Assembly: GCA_947501605.1 (NCBI GenBank)
Contig: CANMWZ010000007.1
Coordinates: 61,921-125,920, forward strand
DNA from: Planctomycetota bacterium
GTDB taxonomy: Bacteria; Planctomycetota; UBA1135; UBA2386
DNA: 64,000 nucleotides
Direction: 5' to 3'
The translations under genes and the position numbers were made by a program. Numbering within the stretch: the stretch's first letter is position 1; the number at the start of each line of letters is the position of its first letter. This document shows, piece after piece, positions 57,659 through 64,000 of the stretch. The notes beneath the pieces were generated by a model. The model saw only the letters and a program-made list of their open reading frames with translations, made no database searches and was not told where the DNA came from.

Positions 57659-58639
57659 ATGGTCGCGCTCGACGATCCCAGCATCCGTGCCGCGTATGCG
57701 GAGCCCGAGGAGTTGCCGCGCATGGCGTTTGGCGACCATCTCGACGAACTGCGCAAGCGTCTGCTGCGGTCGGCGCTGGCGTTGGTCATCGCGGTCATGG
57801 CGATGCTGCCGTTCCACGACGAGGTGCAGGGCATCATCACCGAGCCCTACCGCATCCTGTGGCGGCAGGCATACACGGACCACGTCGCGATGCTGGCTGC
57901 ACGCGAAGTGGCCGGCACACTCGATCCAGACTTCGGGGTCGAGTTCCTCGCCAACTGCCGCAAGTACGGGGACTCGATCTTGGCCGGCACCTTTCCGTGG
58001 CCGAACCTGCTGCCGACCAAGACGGGGTTCAACGTCCCCTACACGCTGGTTGCCATCAACGGACTCGACGACTTCTGGACCTTCATGATGGCGTCGTTCG
58101 TGTTCGCCTTCGTGATCGCGTCGCCGGTCGTGTTGTGGCAGATATGGGCCTTCGTCGCCGCCGGCCTCTACGAGCGCGAGCGCAAGATCTTCTATCGCTT
58201 CTTCCCGTTCGCCACGGCGCTGCTGACCGGCGGCGTGCTATTCGGCTACTTCTACGCGGTGCCTTTTGGACTTGGCTGGCTCATCCGCATGATGAAGACC
58301 GACCAGGTGCAGGCGATGCTCGGTGTCGGCCAGTACTTCACGCTGCTGTTCGCGATGACCGCGGCGCTCGGTGCGATCTTCCAGTTGCCCATGGTCATGG
58401 TCGCGCTGCAACGCATCGGTCTGGTGCGTCACCGGACGTTTGCGGCCAACTGGCGCGCCATCGTGCTCGGCATCTTCGTGTTGTCGGCGGTCATCACGCC
58501 GCCTGACCCGTTCAGCATGCTGTTGATGGCGGGGCCGACGATGTTGCTCTATCTCCTGGGGCTGTTCTTGACCTCGCGGGGGCGTCGCCACGAAGCGCCA
58601 CTGCAACCGCCGACGAGTTCGGATGTGCGTCCTGCATGA
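57659..58639 (+). CDS. tatC: Twin-arginine translocase subunit TatC
   Basis: DHLDELRKRL, QIWAFV..GLY..E, FQLP and ITPPD motifs. Confidence 0.95.
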   Translation: MVALDDPSIRAAYAEPEELPRMAFGDHLDELRKRLLRSALALVIAVMAMLPFHDEVQGIITEPYRILWRQAYTDHVAMLAAREVAGTLDPDFGVEFLANCRKYGDSILAGTFPWPNLLPTKTGFNVPYTLVAINGLDDFWTFMMASFVFAFVIASPVVLWQIWAFVAAGLYERERKIFYRFFPFATALLTGGVLFGYFYAVPFGLGWLIRMMKTDQVQAMLGVGQYFTLLFAMTAALGAIFQLPMVMVALQRIGLVRHRTFAANWRAIVLGIFVLSAVITPPDPFSMLLMAGPTMLLYLLGLFLTSRGRRHEAPLQPPTSSDVRPA

Positions 58640-59922
58640 GTGATCCCGCGAAACTCTTGGTCGCCGAAGTGTTGTCGATCGGCGACGAGCTCATCCATGG
58701 TTCGAACCTCGACACCAACGCGCGTTGGCTCGCGAACTTGCTCGAACTGCATGGCGCCTCGGTGCAGCGCTTCACCGTCGTTGGCGACGATCCAGTGCAG
58801 CTCGAATCGGCGATGCGCGATGCCTGCACGCGCGCCGATCTCGTGATCGCGACCGGGGGCCTCGGGCCGACGCTCGACGACCGCACGCGCGATGTTGTCG
58901 CCGCGATCGCCGGTGGGCCACTCTGGTTCCATGCGCCGTCATGGCAGCTCGTTCAGGACTACCTTGGCGCGCGCCAACGACCGGTGCCGGCCAGCAATCG
59001 CCGCCAGGCCGAGTTCCCACCGGGTGCGACCGTGCTGCACAACCCGATCGGCACGGCGCCGGGTTTCCGTCTACGCCTGCTGCGTGCCGAGCTGTTTGCG
59101 TTCCCAGGCGTGCCGCGCGAGATGAAGCGAATGGCCGAAGACTGGCTGTTGCCGCACCTGAACTCGTTGCCGAGTCAGCAGCCTGTCGCGCAGGTCTGTC
59201 TCTGTGTCCTCGGGCCAAGCGAAGCGCTGCTTGGCGAACGCATCGAGCCGTTCATGGTTGCGGGCCGCGAGCCCGCGGTGGGTATCACCGCCAGTGGAGG
59301 TCTGCTGACCATCCGCATTGTCGGTCGGGGCCGAGATGCGGCCGCCGCCGCGGCGGCGTGCGAAGGCACGGCGGTCGAGATTCGCCCATTGCTCGCCGAT
59401 TGGCTCGTGGCCGAGGGCACCGAAGCGCTGCACGTGCTTCTGGGGCGGCGCTTGCTGGCGGCCAACGTTTCGGTGGCGCTCGCGGAGTCATGCACCGGCG
59501 GCCTGCTCGCGGCCAAGTTGACCGAGGTGCCAGGGATTTCGGCGGTCTTCCGCGGCGGCGTGGTGGCCTACGCCAACGAAGCCAAGACGGACCTGCTTGG
59601 CGTCGGCGCTGCGCTGCTGCAGCAGCACGGCGCGGTGTCGGAGCCGGTGGCTGCGGCCATGGCCAAGGGCGCGGCGCAGCGCCTGCGCGCTCGGCTCGGT
59701 GTGTCGGTCACCGGGATTGCCGGTCCCGGTGGAGGAACGCCTGAGAAACCGGTTGGCACCGTCTGCTTCGGCGTCTGCTTGGATGGCGTGGTCACGACCT
59801 GGACACGGCACCTACCCGACCTCGGCCGCGAGTTCCTGCGCGAGCGTGCGGCGTTCGAACTCTTGGCCGCGATCTTCAGGAACGTGCCGCTTCCGGCCGA
59901 AACAGGGCGCGGCGCAACCTGA
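58636..59922 (+). CDS. cinA: CinA family protein (MoCF-like domain + NMN deamidase PncC domain)
   Basis: IGDEL..G..LDTN, TGGLGPT.DD, GTAPG, PGVP.EM, AESCTGG, HGAVS and TGIAGP motifs. Confidence 0.93.
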   Translation: MSDPAKLLVAEVLSIGDELIHGSNLDTNARWLANLLELHGASVQRFTVVGDDPVQLESAMRDACTRADLVIATGGLGPTLDDRTRDVVAAIAGGPLWFHAPSWQLVQDYLGARQRPVPASNRRQAEFPPGATVLHNPIGTAPGFRLRLLRAELFAFPGVPREMKRMAEDWLLPHLNSLPSQQPVAQVCLCVLGPSEALLGERIEPFMVAGREPAVGITASGGLLTIRIVGRGRDAAAAAAACEGTAVEIRPLLADWLVAEGTEALHVLLGRRLLAANVSVALAESCTGGLLAAKLTEVPGISAVFRGGVVAYANEAKTDLLGVGAALLQQHGAVSEPVAAAMAKGAAQRLRARLGVSVTGIAGPGGGTPEKPVGTVCFGVCLDGVVTTWTRHLPDLGREFLRERAAFELLAAIFRNVPLPAETGRGAT

Positions 59923-59964
59923 GACGGGTCGTAAAAGGGTCGAAGTGGACTTCGTGCCACCAGT

Positions 59965-59973
59965 TGCTATCCT
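59965..59973 (+). promoter_or_regulatory. Extended -10 promoter for tRNA-Gln
   Basis: TGcTATCCT, ending 16 nt upstream of the tRNA 5' end. Confidence 0.45.
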
Positions 59974-59989
59974 GCCCGCCCTCGCCCTC

Positions 59990-60065
59990 TACCCCGTGGT
60001 GTAATTGGTAGCACAGCAGGTTTTGGTCCTGTTAGTTGCTGGTTCGAGTCCAGCCGGGGTAACCA
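59990..60065 (+). tRNA. tRNA-Gln (anticodon TTG)
   Basis: Cloverleaf: acceptor TACCCCG/CGGGGTA, anticodon arm GCAGG-TTTTGGT-CCTGT, T arm GCTGG-TTCGAGT-CCAGC. Encoded CCA and U1-A72 pair. Confidence 0.95.
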
Positions 60066-60240
60066 AAAGGTCGGTTTCGTTCTGTCGCAACTCAGCGTGT
60101 CGTGCGGATCGGTCGGAGCGTTGCTCCGCACCGCTACGCCGCCTCGCAGCCGCCTCGCATCGACGCACCCAACTGCGTGCGCAACCTAGGGTTGCATTCG
60201 CAGTCGGGTAGCATTCGCAGCCAACGTGCGGTCTCTCCGA

Positions 60241-60314
60241 TACCCCATAGTGTAACGGTAGCACAACAGATTCTGATTCTGTTTGTCAAGGTTCAAATCC
60301 TTGTGGGGTAACCA
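60241..60314 (+). tRNA. tRNA-Gln (anticodon CTG)
   Basis: Cloverleaf: acceptor TACCCCA/TGGGGTA, anticodon arm ACAGA-TTCTGAT-TCTGT, T arm CAAGG-TTCAAAT-CCTTG. Encoded CCA. Confidence 0.95.
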
Positions 60315-60799
60315 CTTACGGCCTGATCGCGAATGCGGTCAGGCCGTTTCTATTGGCGCACTGGTGGCCTTGGGTTCTGGCTGCCTTTGAGCTCTGGCTC
60401 CTGACGGGTTCACGCTCCTTCGGTGTTCAAGCGCGTGTGCGCGGGCCTGTCCGGCCGTGCTGCCGCGAGGGCCCCCCGTAGCTGCTGCCATCGCTAGCCT
60501 GCATGGTGCCTCGCTGTGCTTCCAACCGGCCCCGCTCCACCGCCTCGCCCAGGGTGTCGATGTCGTGTGCCGCGCCGCGTTTGTCTGCTGCCTGCGGGGG
60601 CAGTCGCAACTCCGTCGCCGATGCGGCATGCGGTCTCCCTGGTCTGGCTCCTTGGTCTGGCTCCTTGGTTTGGCGCGAGGGACGCGCTGTGCGCTCGGCG
60701 CTGCTCACAGGACGACCGCTCGGCCTCTGGCGCTGAGGACCGCCGATCACCGCGCCAGCATCGTTGCATCGCTGCGTCGCACCCGGTCGCATCGCCGTG

Positions 60800-61348
60800 A
60801 TGCCCCTTCCGTTCCAGCGCCTACAGCGTGAAGTGCTCGTCGCCAATCCTTGGCACCGCTACTGCAAGGACCGCTACACGCAGGCCGATGGCAGTGAAGG
60901 CGTCTACTACTACATCGACATGCCGGGCTCCTGCGGCGTGATCCCGCTGTTCGACGACGGCACCACGGTGCTGATCCGCGAGTACCGATACTTGCTCGGT
61001 GCCGACTACTGGGAGTTCCCGATCGGTGGCACCAAGGAAGGCGAGGACCCCCTCGATGTCGCCAAGAAGGAGCTGCATGAAGAGGCCGGCTTGAACGCGC
61101 GAACCTGGGTGCCGATTGGCCGGTTTGCGCCGTACAAGGGGCTGTCGACCGAGATCTGTCACTACTACGTGGCCCGCGACCTCGAGCAATCGCACCAAGA
61201 ACTCGAAGCCAGTGAGCAGATCTCCGTGCATCGAATGCCACTCGTCGACGCACGCCGCCTCCTCGTCGATCAGGAATGCGCCGACGGCATGTCGCTCACC
61301 GGACTCGTTCTGCTCGACCGCTGGATCCAGCGGGGCGAACGCAGCTGA
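60800..61348 (+). CDS. NUDIX hydrolase (ADP-ribose pyrophosphatase-like)
   Basis: Nudix box GGTKEGEDPLDVAKKELHEEAG preceded by EYRY...WEFP. Confidence 0.9.
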   Translation: MPLPFQRLQREVLVANPWHRYCKDRYTQADGSEGVYYYIDMPGSCGVIPLFDDGTTVLIREYRYLLGADYWEFPIGGTKEGEDPLDVAKKELHEEAGLNARTWVPIGRFAPYKGLSTEICHYYVARDLEQSHQELEASEQISVHRMPLVDARRLLVDQECADGMSLTGLVLLDRWIQRGERS

Positions 61349-61404
61349 GGGACTGTCGAGGCGCGCCGCTTGCACCGCCGCAACGCAACCGTTCGCATGC
61401 ACCC

Positions 61405-62007
61405 ATGCCCGCAGGCCGCCCGTTCCGCGTCACCGTCTACGCCTCGTCGAGTGAACGTATCGACCAGGCCTACTTCGGGCCCGCCGAGGAACTGGGACGG
61501 CAGATTGCGGACCGCGGCTACGAGTTGGTCTTCGGCGGCGGTCGCTACGGCTTGATGGGGGCGGTGTCCCGTGGTGCGCGCAAGGCGGGTGGCCAGATTC
61601 GCGGCGTCATCCTGCAGCAGTTCGTCGACAAGAACGTGCATTGCGAGGAGACGCACGCGATGGAGTCGGTGACGGATATGCGCACGCGCAAGCGAGGACT
61701 CGACGAGGCCGGCGATGCCTATGTCGCGCTGCCTGGTGGTCTGGGAACCCTCGAAGAAGTGCTCGAGATCCTGTCTTTCAAGCAGCTCGGTTTTCACCAC
61801 AAGCCCGTCGTCTTGCTCAACACGCGCGGCTACTGGGATCCGCTGATCGCGATGCTCGAACGCGGCTTCGAGCAGGGCTTCGTGCAGTCACACTTTCGCG
61901 GCATCTACACGATTGCCGTCGATCCACGAGCCGCGATCGAGCAGATTGCCAACGCCCTACCGTGGCCGCCGGGCGCGCGCGACGACCGCGGCGGCGGTAC
62001 TTCGTGA
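61405..62007 (+). CDS. LOG family nucleotide phosphoribohydrolase
   Basis: GGG..GLMG, M..RK and PGGLGTLEE motifs. Confidence 0.92.
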   Translation: MPAGRPFRVTVYASSSERIDQAYFGPAEELGRQIADRGYELVFGGGRYGLMGAVSRGARKAGGQIRGVILQQFVDKNVHCEETHAMESVTDMRTRKRGLDEAGDAYVALPGGLGTLEEVLEILSFKQLGFHHKPVVLLNTRGYWDPLIAMLERGFEQGFVQSHFRGIYTIAVDPRAAIEQIANALPWPPGARDDRGGGTS

Positions 62008-62804
62008 GCGTGCTCGCCGCTGATGTGGCGCGGCTCCGCGAAGCGCTCGATCGCGCCGCCGCGGTTCTGCGCCGGCACGCGGCGGCGCCGATCGCGTTCT
62101 CCATCAAGCGTGGCCACGGGCCCGTGACCGCTGCGGATCACGAAGTCGATGACCTGCTGCGCCGCATGCTGCCGGCAGCCGGTGAAGGGTGGTTGAGCGA
62201 GGAGACTGTCGACGACGATCGGCGCCTGTCGTGTCGACGCGTCTGGATCGTCGATCCGATCGATGGCACCCGCAGTTTCATCGCCGGCCGTCCCGAGTAC
62301 TCGATTTCGATCGCGCTGGTCGAAGACGGCGTGCCGCTGCTCGGGGGTGTGTGCAATCCTGCGAGCGGCGTGACTGTGATTGGCGGCCCCGGCATCGGCA
62401 TCGAGGTCGAAGGCGATCCGAAGTTGTCCTTCCCAGCCGTCAGCGATCGCCTGCGTGTCCTCGCCAGCCGGTCCGAGTGCCGCGACGGCGAGTGGGAGCA
62501 ATGGCTTGCACAGGGCCTCCTCGAAGTGCTGCCCATCAGTTCGGTTGCCTACAAGCTGGCGCTGGTCGCTGCTGGTGCGGCGGACGCGACGTGGACCGTC
62601 TGGCCGAAGAGCGAGTGGGACATCGCGGCCGGAGTCGCCCTCGTGCGAGCCGTCGGCGGCTGCGTATGGGCGCCGGGTGTGGAGGACGTTGTGCTCAATC
62701 GCGAGAAACCCGTTTTCCGCGGCTTCGCCGCGGTCGGGCCTCGACACCTCGCACGGGTGCAGACCCTGATCGGAGCACCTGGCGGCCGGGGCGCGCTGTC
62801 ATGA
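62004..62804 (+). CDS. Inositol monophosphatase family / CysQ-like phosphatase
   Basis: VTAAD, LSEE, WIVDPIDGT and EWDIAAG motifs. GTGA overlap. Confidence 0.9.
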   Translation: MSVLAADVARLREALDRAAAVLRRHAAAPIAFSIKRGHGPVTAADHEVDDLLRRMLPAAGEGWLSEETVDDDRRLSCRRVWIVDPIDGTRSFIAGRPEYSISIALVEDGVPLLGGVCNPASGVTVIGGPGIGIEVEGDPKLSFPAVSDRLRVLASRSECRDGEWEQWLAQGLLEVLPISSVAYKLALVAAGAADATWTVWPKSEWDIAAGVALVRAVGGCVWAPGVEDVVLNREKPVFRGFAAVGPRHLARVQTLIGAPGGRGALS

Positions 62805-63499
62805 AACGGAAGTGAGCCGCGCGTGCGTTGGCGCTCGCTCTGGGTGGCGCGATCGCGTGTGTCGTGGGCGAGCTTGCCTACCGCGCGACTCGGCTCGTCG
62901 ACTTGTCACCGACGACGCATTTGGCCTACGTCGTCCACGACGCCCAATTGGGCTGGGCCTAGGTACCTTTGGCTCGTGCCCGCCATACGACTGCCGAGTT
63001 TGACGTCGAGATCGCGATCAGCGCGCGTGGTTTCCGCGGCCCAGAATGGCCGCAGATCCTGGGCCAGGATGGGCGCAAGACCGTTCTTGTGCTCGGCGAT
63101 TCCTTTGCGCTTGGGTGGGGTGTCGAGCAGAGCGAGGGTCTGGCTGGTTGCCTAGCCGCCGTGCATCCCGAGTGGGACGTGCTCAATGCGGCAGTGTCTG
63201 GCTATGGCACCGACCAGCAGTTGCTCTTGCTGCAGTGCTTGTTGCCCGACGTGCGCCCCGACCTCGTCGTCTGTGTGTTCTGCGCCAACGAGCTGTGGGA
63301 GTCGATGGCAGACATGGCCTACGGCCGGCGCAAGCCGCGCTTTCGCAGCGTTGCCTTTGCGTTGCAGTTGGACGGGGTGCCGGTGCCGTCGTCGTTGCTC
63401 GATCGCGAACCGCATCGCGGTCGCTTCCCGATCGATGGCCATTGGAACGCGGTCGGCCATGCAGCAGTGGCTCAGGGGCTTGCGGCCCCGATCCATTAG
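62801..63499 (+). pseudogene. SGNH/GDSL hydrolase pseudogene
   Basis: ATG overlapping the upstream stop; in-frame TGA at 62813 and TAG at 62960. The same frame keeps an N-terminal TM, LGDSF..GWGV, NAAVSGYGTDQ and DGHW. Confidence 0.75.
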
Positions 63500-63548
63500 C
63501 ACTTGGCGCAACCGCGCTGATCCGCTTTCGGCATCTCGCCAGGAGCGC

Positions 63549-63598
63549 GCCCAGTTGCCATCCTGCAACTGGGCTTGCCCTCCTGCAACTGGGCTTGC
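63549..63598. repeat. Hairpin plus 18-bp direct repeat between convergent genes
   Basis: GCCCAGTTGC-catcct-GCAACTGGGC inverted repeat; TCCTGCAACTGGGCTTGC at 63561 and 63581. Confidence 0.6.
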
Positions 63599-63611
63599 AG
63601 CGCAGCGACGA

Positions 63612-64000
63612 TCAGCCGCCAACGCCGTCGGCCAGCTCAACCTCCATGGGGACGATCGGCGCCCCGCCTTCCCCGACCATGCCTTGGATGGTCTGGACCT
63701 TGAGGAAGTCGAGGATCGCCTTTTGGTCGGCTGCCCGCAGCGTCGTGAAGGCGCGCGTCGCGGCCGCGGCTTCGGAGTAGCCGTCGAAGTCCTGCACGAT
63801 GACTGTGTAGGTGACGTTCGTGGGCGACTGGAACACGGCTTGGATCGCGATCGAGGCGCCGGGCGGGATCGGTTGCGTCAGGTTCCAGTAGGCCCCTTGG
63901 CGGCGCGTGCCGTCGGGCGACAGACCGTTGGCGTTGAACGCAAGAGCCGTCGCCGGCGACATCAGACCGACCACCACGACGCGGATCGGTTCGGCGGCCG
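63612..64000 (-). CDS. C-terminal end of a larger protein (5' part outside the window)
   Basis: Frame is open to the window edge (AAEPIRVVVVG...). The ending EAAAATRAFTTLRAADQKAILDFLK resembles C-terminal helices of di-haem oxidoreductase/cytochrome c peroxidase-like proteins. Confidence 0.55.
   Translation of the reverse strand, partial: AAEPIRVVVVGLMSPATALAFNANGLSPDGTRRQGAYWNLTQPIPPGASIAIQAVFQSPTNVTYTVIVQDFDGYSEAAAATRAFTTLRAADQKAILDFLKVQTIQGMVGEGGAPIVPMEVELADGVGG

Noticed and set aside
60640..60674. Short tandem repeat (TGGTCTGGCTCCT x2 plus a partial copy) as a possible CRISPR remnant
   Set aside because: The 13-nt period has no spacers and there are no cas genes; it looks like a simple slippage duplication.
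60315..60799. Possible integrative element or att site after the tRNA-Gln genes
   Set aside because: No integrase, no duplicated tRNA 3' end seen, and housekeeping-type genes resume at 60800.
62813..62815. In-frame TGA in the SGNH gene as a second selenocysteine site
   Set aside because: It lies at codon 5 before a TM segment, has no Cys partner or clear SECIS, and is accompanied by an in-frame TAG; pseudogene decay fits better.

Overview
High-GC bacterial chromosomal segment with no CRISPR array, prophage or transposase visible. Gene content suggests a Planctomycetota lineage (inference from coaE next to rho, an ExbBD/TPR/prenyltransferase-barrel module, and secreted proteins with a characteristic C-terminal domain). 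From left to right: a divergent Wzx/Wzy-type exopolysaccharide cluster (1-9.6 kb); a secreted beta-propeller protein; a REC-HD-GYP regulator; an RluA/RluD synthase; a large secreted HExxH protein; an aldolase-SDR fusion; an ABC-2 exporter; a methyltransferase; a DExD helicase; an hcrCAB-like molybdoenzyme operon; a lectin/IPT protein; a TPR-ExbB-ExbD operon ending in an unusual TonB/TolA-like fusion; a serine hydrolase; a two-gene minus-strand unit; gph; a glycosyltransferase cluster (46.5-53.9 kb); coaE plus a Rho homolog; tatC-cinA; two tRNA-Gln; a NUDIX-LOG-IMPase unit; and an SGNH pseudogene. The strongest novel signal is at 44218-44934 (-): the apparent stop UGA sits in a U-x-x-C motif, is followed by a bacterial SECIS-like hairpin with a GGUC loop, and the frame stays open for 40 more codons, making it a candidate unannotated exported selenoprotein. 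Other highlights are a Rho homolog lacking Walker A, a TolB-propeller/TonB-helix/prenyltransferase-barrel fusion, and an HcrA-like Mo subunit with Gln at the catalytic Glu position. Start codons were chosen by eye and no database searches were run.
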